From contig RDEW01000032.1 of the NCBI GenBank assembly GCA_011109175.1, positions 589,334-653,333 of the forward strand: a stretch of DNA of 64,000 bases. Reading direction: 5' to 3'. Both the position numbers and the translations under genes were made by a program. The DNA is from Dicyema japonicum (lineage: Eukaryota > Animalia > Dicyemida). Below are positions 52,906 to 64,000 of the stretch, one piece after another; the first letter of the stretch is position 1; every line of letters starts with the position of its first letter. The notes under the pieces were generated by a model, which saw only the letters and a program-made list of their open reading frames with translations, ran no database searches and was not told the origin of the DNA.

Positions 52906-53984
52906 CTGAGTTCAAAATAACTGATTATTTCTCATAAAATAAATTAAATTTTCTTTTTTTATCGAAACAACATATTTTGTTATTAAAAATACAAATAATA
53001 GTTTTAAAATGCAAAATTATATATACCCTCTATATTTGTGGCACTTTTCTATTGGGAGTGGTCGTACTGTATATGTAATTCAGGAAAAGTGAAGGATGTT
53101 TAGAGAAGTGCCCACTCCGCTCGAGAATTTAAATAAAAAGTATAAGCCAAGAAGTAACATCGAAGACGTTATTCCTATGGAAAAGGTTAAAACGATTGGC
53201 CTGATTTAATTGAATCCTTAGATTCCTGACAAATATTTTCATAAATTTTTATTATCCTGTCCAATTTTATTGTTCTCTGTTTTGGGGATTTATTATTGAC
53301 CAAATGGTCTTTATATAAGATAGAATATGTTAAGATGTCCAATCATTCCTTCTTTAATATTTCCATGTAATTTAATGTATTATCTGGTAGAACATATAAC
53401 CAGTCCGGTTTCAGGATAAATTTTAAGATTTTTTGTGAAGATATTAATGCGTCTCTTGAGTCACCATGCGCAATTCAAGGGTCTTTTTTTCAAAAGTTTT
53501 GTCCTCGATGAGGTTGATCCTGGGTGAGTAAGCGACAACACATGGATGAAAAGAAAAAAGCCACTGACATAAGTAATGTTCCAAGCAAAGTATTTCAAAT
53601 CATCCCAAAGAGTCAGATCTTTCTTGGAGTCAAGTCCAAGAAGTTCCAGTTGCACAGGATATCTACCAGCTTCAAGTCCTCCCACGATAAGTTCTGTCGC
53701 GTTCGGTAAGCAAGAGATCTCCTTGAAATAATAATTAAAAAACATTATATATGAGATTTATTAAATAACCCAAGATATACAGGAAGGGTAATTTACATTA
53801 AAATATACCCATTTCCCACAATGGGAGAGAGTACCTGGTAATTTATTTAACCCCAAGACCACCAAGAAAAATAAATAAAAATACTTGGTAATTCTATAAT
53901 TATTATTAACCCCGAAAAAGACAACACCAAGAAAGGAGTTAAACCAACTAATTAACTTTTTTATTGAAAACAAATTATTAGGTA

Positions 53985-54150
53985 ACAAGACAATCAAAAT
54001 AATCCAGCTGATAGGATAGAATGGCTGTTTCCTCCGACAATTGCCAGAGAAATCCTTTGAATTCGGTTTCCCGCATTAATAACTTTGGGAATCATTGACC
54101 CAAGCGATCTTAAAAAAGAGACCGTCTTGGCGCGAAGACTCTGCTAAATA
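53985..54150 (-). mobile_element. CRE extreme 3' end
   Basis: SFLRSLG...QRISLAIVGGNSHSILSAG. Confidence 0.7.
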
Positions 54151-54164
54151 ACTATTTTATAAAT

Positions 54165-54461
54165 AAAATAATAATAACGAGTAAATTAACTAATTAAGCG
54201 TATTTTGTTCCAGATTGTTGGTAATCCCTCTTCTTCTCTTAGAAGAAGAGTGTGCCATAACCTCCCTGTTACTCCGCATCTCCACATCAGATTCAGTCAA
54301 AATATCTCCGTTAGAGTCCAGTGGGCTGTCCTCACGGCATGCCAGTTCTACAAGTTGGGAGGTAGCAGAGGCGTACTCTTCATCGTATACCTTCATCCCA
54401 TGTTTATGTTCAATGAGCATATTTTCGAGCGTTCTCTTCAGCACAGCCGATTGGATGTAAG
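54165..54461 (-). mobile_element. R4/Dong-like LINE 3' end fused to a SINE head
   Basis: YIQSAVLKRTLENMLIEHKHG; (TTA)n tail at ~54165-54178. Confidence 0.8.
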
Positions 54462-54632
54462 TCTTCACTTCTTTTTTTATTTTTCTTGTGTGTGGTCCTC
54501 TCTAGACAATCCAGTTCCGCAGTGAATATCCACTGATGACTTCGTCACTCGTCAAATTCTTTTAGCATCGTAGATTCGTGGAACCTCCCACCAGGTGAAG
54601 CACTTTAGCCCGACACCTAATCACTATGCCAC
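54462..54632 (-). mobile_element. 5' half of the tRNA-SINE (B box deleted)
   Basis: Reverse complement matches the SINE from the A box to ...AAGAAGTGAAGA. Confidence 0.85.
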
Positions 54633-54639
54633 CCGGCTT

Positions 54640-57290
54640 ATGCTCGTTTGGATACAAGAAATCAAAGAAGGGAAAACTGAAAAAAATCTCTACCCTAATT
54701 GAAGATAAAATCAAGATCACGGAGAAAAAAATCTCAATTCATGAATCAAGAAAATCCTTTAGACGAGATAATTTTTGTTTTGAGCTGAACAAGAGGAGGT
54801 TTCATAGGAGGCTCAACGATGACGTCAATAATAGAGATTGTAAAGTTACAGAAGATGAGTGCGTGTCATTTTGGAAAGATGTATGGGAAAAAATCAGAAT
54901 TATTCTCACAGAAATTTTGTTGGGAGGCGAATAACAAGAGCAGAAAATTTACCGTTAGATATGACAGTTGAGTTCGTTAAGAACATTATTCACTATACGC
55001 CGAATTGGAAGAGCTCTGGCTGTGATGGAGTATATGGATTTTTTGTCATGAAATTTGATTCTCTTCATAGTTATCTGAGTGGAGAGATTATCAAGATAGT
55101 GAGTGGTGAATATTGTCCGGAAGAATGGTTCTATACAGAGATTTCGTACCTGATTCCGAAAAAAGAACACTGCTGTTCTCCGAATGACTTACGACCAATT
55201 ACGTGCATGCCTATATTGTACAAACTTGTTACAAAATGTGTTAATACAAAACTTACGGATTATATTGAAGGGTTCAATCTTTTCTCAGATAATCAGCTTG
55301 GAGCAAGAAGGCAGTGCCAAGGTGCAAAGGAGCAGGCTTTAATAAATCGGTGTGTTAATGCTGAACATGGAAATAAGCTTATTCACACATGGATTGATGT
55401 GAAGAAGGCTTTCGATTCTGTCAATCATAAATTTTTTGTGTCGGGTTCTTGATAGCTCTGGAGTTCCTGAATGGATTAAAAAATTGGAAAGATCAAACTC
55501 GGGAAGGAATCTTTCAGAGACTCACTCTCCATCCAGCTGTTTACTCTGGTAATAGACCCACTAAGCCGAATATTAAATATAAAATTCCCGAACATATGTA
55601 TTGATCAGAGTGATCCGTCTATTGTGACATATGCGACTAACCATTTTCTTTTTATTGACGACCTGAAAATAATTGCCGAATATGAAGATACTATTCTAGA
55701 AATGATGGAGGATATTGATGAATATCTGGGCGTTGTTGGCCTTAAAAGAAACTGTGAAATGTCTGCAACTAATCTGAAATGTGCCAAAGATACAAGTTAT
55801 CTGGATGGTTGTGAGGGATATCGCTATCTTGGAGTGTTAGAAGATAAAGGGAGTAAGGTTATGAAAGACAAAGTTATGGAAAAATTGCTGAAAATGTGAT
55901 AAAAAGATAGAGATGCTGGCGAATTCGAAATTAAACGCTGTAAACTTTTTTAAAGCGATAAATGAATACGCACTCTCGCTACATAATTATTACATTGGGC
56001 TTATCGACATTAAACCACTTGAATTCGAAGCGATTGATTTAAAAATCCGGCAAATTTCTATAACTTACGAGTGCACTTAAAACCTGCTAACAAAGAAAGA
56101 TTTATCTCAGCAGGAATAGTTTTGGAAGAGGATTAACCTCAATTTCTGATAAGAGTGAATGCATGTTATTTCAATTTTTGACCGACCTTGAGAGGATTTC
56201 TTCCATGTGTCTTCGAAGGGCAGGAATCTTGCTGGTCTTAAAACAAAGGAAAACACATATGACCACTATCGCAAGATTTATTGCACTCAAATACAATGTG
56301 GATGACCTATCCAACTTGAACACTGACAATATAAAGGAAATCAAAAGAAGAATTATTTGGAGAAGACTAATCAGAAATTGCTTCATTCAATTATAATACA
56401 AATTTCGATATCAATGGATCAACAGAATGGCTTACTGGGGGAAACAATATTCCAAGGTCGGAAGCAATGTACTGCATGATACAAGATCGGAATCTGTTCT
56501 TTGAAGAGATGAAAGCAAATTGCAGTCATTGTGGTATGGCCAAAAAAGTGTGGATCACCTGGCTACACGGTGTACCAGGATATTTAGCGGTATATGCGGC
56601 GACATAACGAAGTTGTAAGATGTATACAACTATGTCGTCAATTTGGAATAAAAAAACCAAGAGGGTAAAGACGCATACAGTCCAATCGATTGTGTCAAAC
56701 AGTAAAGTTGAAATACGAGTCGATACAACACTACAAACGGATATACAATTTAAAAATATAAACCTGATATTTTCGTACACGATAAATACAAATACGAAAT
56801 AATACTAATAAAAGTAGGGATCACTTCCCAAGATTTGCTAAAACATGTTGAAGTGGAAAAACTCCACAAATACGACCTTCTGGCAGGAGACTAGCACAAA
56901 TTCACAAGGCCAATGTGACAATAATTCCAATTGTTTTGACATGGGATGGAGTAGTAACAAAGTACTACAAATCCTATATGGAAAGACTCAACGTGGATGT
57001 CTTTACAAGGGCGTACATTAATCAATGACGATTCAAAAAACTTTAGAGAGCATGATAATCGAGCATAGACATGGGCTGAATGTTGATAACTATGATGATG
57101 AGGTTACAAGAGTGACTAATCAACTTATCTCAAGAGGCTCTTAACTCGGAAGTGACGTCGAAGAAGAACCAAGAGAAACAGCTGTCTTGTCTAGTGATTT
57201 ACTTTCTCAAGTGGTATACGAGAGGGACAGTGAGGGTGATACAATGGGCCAATGCCCAAAGAGGAGCAGAATTCAGCTTGCATAGTGTTA
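54640..57290 (+). mobile_element. R4/Dong-like non-LTR retrotransposon (RT, CCHC knuckle, REL endonuclease), degenerate
   Basis: PNWKSSGCDG, RPITCMPILYK, WIDVKKAFDSV, FIDDLK, YRYLGVLE, CSHC...HLATRC, PDIF..., TWDGVVTK. Confidence 0.9.
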
Positions 57291-57433
57291 ATGCGTAATA
57301 CCATTAGTATAAATTGTAGATGGATAATATAGAAATAATAACCAGTAAACAACGTGTCATAAACCACGTGGTTGGATAAAATTGCAACAAATCAGTAAAA
57401 ATCGTCTATTTTTAAAATTAATTAATTAAATAT

Positions 57434-60400
57434 TCAACCAAGAATCGATTGGGGGAACCAACCAGTCTGATTCGTTCTGTTATTCCGCCCCCAACACATG
57501 TCTTTACCGATTGCAAATATGTCGACGTTATCCCCAGCAGTAAGAGACACGTGGCTAAAGCACAAACTGGTGTAATTAAATTTTACAGTAGAAGTCTTGT
57601 TTACCACATCAATCTACAAGCTTATATCAAAAAATACCAGCAACCTCTCCGCGAAACGTCTAGGAAATATCCCTACAGAATCAGCAATTTCCCCTTTCAT
57701 CCAATCCTCATCTACCTCTTCTATTACTTTGATCACATCTCCTTCTCTAATATTTAAATCCCCTTCCTCTTCTCCCTCAAAATCGTAGAGAACAAGTAAA
57801 AACTCTAAAAATTCAACGATGACTCACTTGTGTCCTCTTCGAAGTAATCGAAGAAGCTCAGATGGTTGACTTGGCGCACATACGACTTGGGGAACCAACC
57901 AATCTCAACTAATGACACAAATCACCTGGTCCTTGATTTTCCCGACCCACCAAGGAGATTCATCGCTCCCCTTATCAAGCAGCTCGAATCTTTCCTCCTT
58001 TTTGAAGGATATATGGTTGGGTTTCAACTTCTCAAATTCCCTCATAGCTTCTACCATTATATTCGCCTCTGAACGGTCTCACTTCATAATTGTCTTCATT
58101 TAACTTGTATTCATTATCAGGAAATCTAATATTAGGCTGAGTCTCATCAATTGATTCTCCCAACGTGGTTTCTGGTTTGAGAAAAGATTGATTTTTTGAC
58201 TTTTCGTGAATTTTTGAGTCCATTTGTACTTTGATTACTTCGAGGATTCCACCAATGTTAATAAGTTGCTGCATCGATTTTGCTATTCCGTCCAAATTTG
58301 GGGAATTTACTATGCCAGCATTCTCTAGTTCTAATTGAAGTCTCTAAACGATAACACAAGTAGAACAACTTTGACCTCATCCTTGAGAAGGTTCAGTTCC
58401 GCTTCCAACCTTTCCTTTTGCCACAATATTGCAGCCGATTGCTCATTTGCAGCATTTATTTCGACTATAACTCTCCCAATCTCTTCTTTGATTTGTGTCA
58501 TCTTGAAGTCATCATTTAACTGAGTAGGAACTGCATGTGTCGTAGATGAGTCCTTTTTATAATATTCAAACATAGAAGTTTGAGAATCAGGAAATTTTTG
58601 TGGTGTAAAATCCCCACTTTTTGAAGTAAATGAGAATCCTTGAGAAGCTGGAAATACTTGAGGAATAAAGTCGCCTTTTTCTGAAGTTGATGGGAATCCT
58701 TCAGAAATAGGAAATGCTTGCGGAGTAAAATTTATTGTTCCTGGATTGGATAAGAATCCTTGAGAAGCAGGAAATCCTTGTGGAGTTGCATCTCCTATTT
58801 CTGATGTAGATGTGAATTTTTCAGAAACTGGAAATCCTTGTGGAGTGATATCCTCGCTTTCTAACGTAGATGAGAATTTTTGAGAAATGGGTAATCCTTG
58901 TGGAGTTAAATCTCTTATTTCTGAAATAGATGGGAATCCTTGAGAAACTGGAAATCCTTGAGGAGAAAAATCTCCCTTTCCTATTGTTGATGGAAATCCT
59001 TGAGAAGCTGGAAATCCTGAGGAGATAAATCTTCCCTTCCTATTGTTGATGGAAATCCTTGAGAAGCTGGAAATCCTTGAGGAGAAAAATCTTCTTTTCC
59101 TATTGTTGATGGAAATCCTTGAGAAGCTGGAAATCCTGAGGAGAAAAATCTCCTCTTCCTATTGTTGATGGAAATCCTTGAGAAGCTGGAAATCTTGAGG
59201 AGAAAAATCTTCTCTTCCTATTGTTGATGGAAATCCTTGAGGAGAAAATCTTCCCTTCCTATTACTGATGGAAATCCATGAGAAGCTGGAAATCCTTGAG
59301 GAGAAAAATCTTCCCTTCCTATTGTTGATGGAAATCCTTGAAAAGCTGGAAATCCTTGAGGAGAAAAATCTTCCTTTCCTATTGTTGATGGAAATCCTTG
59401 AGAAGCTGGAAATCCTTGAGGAGAAAAATCTCCTCTTCCTATGTTGATGGAAATCCTTGAGAAGCTGGAAATCCTTGAGGAGAAAAATCACCTCTTCCTA
59501 TTGTTGATGGAAATCCTTGAGAAGCTGAAATCCTTGAGGAGAAAATCATCCCTTCCTATTGTTGATGGAAATCCTTGAGGAGATAAATCTCCTCTTCCTA
59601 TTGTTGATGGAAATCCTTGAGAAACAGTAAATCCTTTAGGAACAAAATCTGTATTGGATGTGATATCTGTTATTGGTGTGGGTCGAGGAGCTAATCCAGT
59701 TGTTAGATCAGTTTCCGATTCAGTCTTTGTGTGTAGTAATGATTCATGATTGAATTTGAAAACATTATGCTGTGATTGAGGAAAATAGTCCTGTTGGATG
59801 CTTCTTGCTTGTGGGGAGGTATTGCTGACCTCAACACCATCTCGTAACTTAGAACAGTCAACATACTCCGGTTCATCCGGACTGTCTTTAGAGCACTGAT
59901 GAGGATTCCACGTGTATGATTCATTTTGAGATGTGCTTTCCTGAGTAACTTCGGTTGATTGATTTTTTAAAGCCTGAGGCCATGAAATAACAATTTTTCA
60001 TTAGAAACTGACTGATTGTCTCCTCTTTGGGTAAAGTGAATGAATCCTTCTTCACAAGTTGGCTATCTGTCCAATTTGGTTTCGGTTGTTCTACCCGCGT
60101 AATTGAAAATTCTTCAAGTTGCTTAAACATGTTCATCTCCTGCTTTTTTCTGATAAACGAATCAACAGAATATCCAAGCTTGATGGGTAATTTGTCAGGA
60201 ACAGGACCCCCATTATGGAAGTTTTGATCATCTTCATAGCACATAAATACTGACGTATGTTTAGAGATCCTGTGTTGTATACGTCCACCAAATCCCTGTC
60301 ATATGATAAGGAAACAACCATATTTTATCAATTGTGATCTCAGAGAGGTTAGATCTTCTAAAAAGTGGGATCAAAATTTGACCTAGGAGTAAAAATCGGA

Positions 60401-60492
60401 ATACCTGATACTACATTGTTTATGGGGTTAAGCATGTTATACTGACCAGTCCACTTTAATATTTCATCCGAAGAGCAGTTCCAGTTGTCCAT
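57434..60492 (-). CDS. intersectin/Dap160-like endocytic adaptor: EH domain, QGFP tandem array, short coiled coil, three SH3 domains
   Basis: Spliced N-terminus MDNWNCSSDEILKW...SNLSEITIDKIWDLVDVYNTGSLNIRQYLCAMKMI (EH); SH3 motifs WWVGKIKDQIGWFPKSYV, LYDFEG...WMKGE..GIFP, TGWFPQS. Introns 60383-60404, 60296-60318, 57904-57925, 57805-57827, 57614-57637 (22-24 nt). A few frameshifts. Confidence 0.85.
58600..59630 (-). repeat. coding tandem array, 60-bp unit (FSPQGFPASQGFPSTIGRGD)
   Basis: Near-identical units at ~58930-59625, decaying towards 58600; sporadic half-unit deletions and single-base indels. Confidence 0.93.
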
Positions 60493-60666
60493 TTATCGGA
60501 TCTATTCTTCCCATTCATTATTAAATTGTCATAATTGGCGGTTTAATACCGAAATAATAACAAATAATTTTGAAACCACACATTTTCTAATTTTGAATAA
60601 AATGGAGATAGATCCAAAGATAATATGTTTTTAACTTAGCATGAGTCACGTGGTTCTCCGATTCTG

Positions 60667-61086
60667 ATGACGTCAAATGTGGAGCTAAAGAACAGTCGCT
60701 CACCCCAATCAAGAAGATTGTCTTTTTTGGGCGACTCTCTTCATTACTATCCGTTGGACCTGATGGGAACTCTATTGATCATCTCTAGAAAATCAAAACA
60801 ACTCCCGGAGCAGCAAAAATTCCTCGCCATCATTCAACTAAACAACAAAGAAGTTAGAGGAAAGATTATGGAACTCAAAAACCTGCTGAGGAAATTTGAC
60901 GTCGCTATATTTCCTACAGGTGACGAAACTTACACCTCCACACCGATATGGAAGATTCTATCGAAGGTTAAAATCCTTACAACTCTAAAAAATTGAAATC
61001 AAAAAAAGAAACTTGATACATAATGAAATTGTATGTCAATACAGTCACTTTGAAAAATACGAGGGCCCTTCCCTGTCTTCTCTAAA
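60667..61086 (+). mobile_element. I-group LINE 5' (APE) part, continuing at 63360-63790 after two nested insertions
   Basis: IIQLNNKEVRGKIMELKNLL parallels 36640-36720. Downstream part reads DGIPMIVLK..LTQIYNISI...IPTRWKLARI. Confidence 0.65.
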
Positions 61087-61094
61087 GTCAAGAT

Positions 61095-62965
61095 CAGGGG
61101 GCGGAAATAGCGACCCGCGGGCCAATTAGTAATAAAAATAATAATAAATAGTAAAATATTTTATATTATTTTACCTATTATTAAAAAATAAATAAATTTC
61201 TAAACGTGTTAATAATTTTTTGTTGTCAATTAAAATGCCGAATTGTCCGAAAAGAATGAAAGATTTTCAAACTGTACATTTAACGCAGATTGGACTCATG
61301 ACTATTTCTTTATTGAGGATAATGGAAAACCTACATGCCTGATGTGCTTCCATAAAGTTGCTGTCCAAAAACTTCGTAACGTCAAGCGACACTCGACATT
61401 ACCAAAATTCAACAAGTTTACATGAGAATCACGCTTACTGGAAATTAAGAGATTGGAACACAATTACCAAGTGCAAACAACATTTTTTCATAATTTGAGT
61501 TGTAAAAAAGACGATATCACACGTACCAGTTACGAGATTTCAGAGATAATTGCGAAAACAAATGAAGCCATTTACAGACTCTGAATTTATCAAAGAATGC
61601 CTAAATACAGTAACAAAAAAATCTAATACCACCAAAAAAACCATTTTTAAATTTATCTGCTTATCTCCGAGAACGGTCATTAGAAGAATAGAAGAAATGT
61701 CCTTGGATTTAAATCTCTCTTTAAACAACGTTTTTGGGAATTTCGAATATTTTTCAATCGCATTGGTTACTAGTACTGACAGAAGAGATACTTCTCAACT
61801 CGCCGTATTTGTACGAGGATAACAGAAACATTCCAAATTTTTGAAGAGTTTGTCAGAGTCATTCCAATGATGGGTACAGTGACAGGAACCGACGTTTTCG
61901 TGCATTTGATGCAACTGTTAACAGAATCAAATCTCCCACTTTCGAAATTTGTTGCTCCTACTTTTGTTGGGAACAAAAAGGGAATTATTACATTACTTCA
62001 AAAAGAAATGGAAAATCTTGGATTTCAGCACAACTTGATCAAGAACCATTGCATTATTCACCAAGATACGTTAGTTGCCAAGTCAGTCAAAATACGCGAG
62101 ACGGTGGATGCTGCTGATAATGCAGTTAATTTTATCATCGGCAGTTCAGACAATTTTTGATGGACATTGAATATGGAGATCTCTTATATTTTTGTAATGT
62201 CAGATGACTTAGCAGAGGTCAATGCTCAAGGCTACATATAATGGATAATGTCATACTTTTTCTTTAGGAAAATTATTACGACCCTTCAATTTCCGAAATA
62301 CTGTTAACATTTCCAATTTGCATCTAAATGACCTAAATTTGAAACTGCAGGGAAGTAGTCAATTTATACACCAAATGTATGCTTAAATCACAGCTTTTGA
62401 AAAGAAATTGAAGTTGTGGGAGTTACAAAAAGGAAATGTGACGATTTTGTGAATTTTCTTTGTACGAATCCTACCGATGTTCATGAATATGCAAACATGG
62501 AATTGAGATTATATTTATTTTCAGGTTCATAAAAATCTATTCAAATTTTTTCAACCCCATTTGATATTAAAACTGAGACACCACGAGATGTTATCAAATG
62601 GAATTACTTGAAATTCAATGCGACAATCAAAACATTTTTCTAGGTTAGATATTTTGAGCCTCTACAAAAATTTGTGTCAAAAATATATACAATCAATCGA
62701 CAATGCTAAGAAAAAGGCTTCTATATTTGGAAGCACATTTTATTTAAAGTCATTCTCCAAAATGAATAATGTAAAAAATTGTCTAAGATCGAGGATGACT
62801 GATTAGCATATCAATGTTATATTCCTTTTAGCAAATAGTGAGATTAACGTAGATGTTAATAATTTATTAAATAAATTCACTTCTCTGAAAATTTAATAAT
62901 TTTTCTCGTTAGGCTCATAAAAACAAAATTTTGGCCCGCGAAGCTAAAAAACCTGCCGACCCTTG
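61095..62965 (+). mobile_element. hAT transposon (SPIN/GTF2IRD2/EPM2AIP1-like), degenerate
   Basis: FNADWTHDYFF..KPTCLMC, KPFTDSEFIKEC, LSPRTVIRRI, FSIAL..STD..DTSQLAVFVRG; imperfect TIRs; 8-bp TSD GTCAAGAT (61087-61094, 62966-62973). Confidence 0.92.
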
Positions 62966-62978
62966 GTCAAGATATTGT

Positions 62979-63346
62979 TATGTTATCCAATTAAGTCGTG
63001 TCCGACTCTTGAAGATTTCATGAACGAGTTTCCTCCACTCTTTCCGATCCGTTGCAATTTGGAGTAGATTTGATGTAGCCATTCCCATGAGGTCTTCCAC
63101 CGTGGATAGCCACTGAGTCTTTAGTCGGCCAGGTCTTTTCTTCCCAGTAATATTGCTCAGCATAATGGTTCTTTCCAGGGAATCAGAGCGGAAAACATGC
63201 CCAAAGAACGCCAATCCGTGTTTTACGATTTTTCCTTCTAGCGAAATGTCCGTCAACGCCAGTTTGAGTAAATCGATGTTTGTTATTTTGGAAGTCCAAG
63301 GGATTCTTAGTAACCTCCTCAAGCACCACAGTGGTGCTGGATGAGG
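62979..63346 (-). mobile_element. 5'-truncated RTE (BovB-like C-terminus) LINE
   Basis: RRLLRIPWT, FFGHVFRSDSLERTIML, GKKRPGR, SRTRLN; 13-bp TSD GTCAAGATATTGT (62966-62978, 63347-63359). Confidence 0.9.
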
Positions 63347-64000
63347 GTCAAGATATTGTCATTACCTTATTGGCTTCTCTCCTTAAGAAGTTGAAAAGAC
63401 TATTAAAACTCAAAAGCAACCATTCTCTAGCGAACCAGATGGTATTCCAATGATTGTACTCAAAATTGAGGCTTTAACGCAGATTTACAACATTTCAATC
63501 AACAGAAACACAATTCCCACAAGATGGAAATTAGCTCGCATCCATTCAGTACTGTAACTGAGAAAATCAAAGGAGTCTCCTTTATACAAACCAATATCTC
63601 TGTTATGCACATTGTTAAAAATCATCGAAAAAAATGGTCATCCATATTTGCCGAAAAATACTTCCAATGCAGATTTAAGAACTACTCATCAATAAGTATC
63701 CATTTTAATTTAGGAGCCTCGTGTCAAATCCTATACCCCGTTGAACTTAGTTTTACTCAATTAATTTTGAAAAAATTTCTAAAATCCTATTATCCTTATT
63801 AATTGACCAGTTTTTAAATTTGCTATAATTTTTGATTTATTTTTAATAAAAATTTGAAAAAAGTAAAAGTTTATTGACACATGTCTTCCAATGATTCTCG
63901 TGAACGCTATACTCGCCTTACTTTTAATTAAAAAACTCACATTGTAAATTATAAAAAGATGATGCTATTTCGTGCCAGCAATTAACTGATAGAATATTGC

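Noticed and set aside
52950-53990. Hydrophobic ORFs suggesting a membrane protein
   Set aside because: No consistent spliced frame or motif found.
58600-59630. CRISPR-like array
   Set aside because: No unique spacers, no cas genes, eukaryotic context; the unit is a multiple of 3 and lies inside a coding frame.

Overview
AT-rich eukaryotic genomic DNA from an animal: it carries ETS-domain, HP1, IQUB, intersectin-like and C-type lectin genes. The GT-AG introns I could resolve are only about 22-27 nt. That length is characteristic of dicyemid mesozoans, so a dicyemid source is my inference, not something the sequence proves. A large part of the window is transposon debris. It includes at least four non-LTR retrotransposon groups (CRE, R4/Dong-like with REL endonuclease, RTE-like, and an I-group family carrying a 2A-like motif), three hAT DNA transposons and a tRNA-derived SINE family. 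Host genes resolved by splicing out micro-introns by hand: an intact, almost hinge-less HP1; an intronless ETS factor; an intersectin-like EH/3xSH3 gene with a 60-bp (20-aa) QGFP tandem array; an SLC17 transporter; a TspO/MBR-like membrane protein; and two C-type-lectin receptor paralogues. IQUB, prolylcarboxypeptidase and a Grn1-like N-terminal fragment are present as decayed copies. Two single-N gaps (37085, 39044) are flanked by duplications that look like assembly artefacts, and many single-base homopolymer frameshifts may be sequencing errors. All family assignments are by eye from recalled motifs; no searches were run. No CRISPR arrays, rRNA or true tRNA genes were found.
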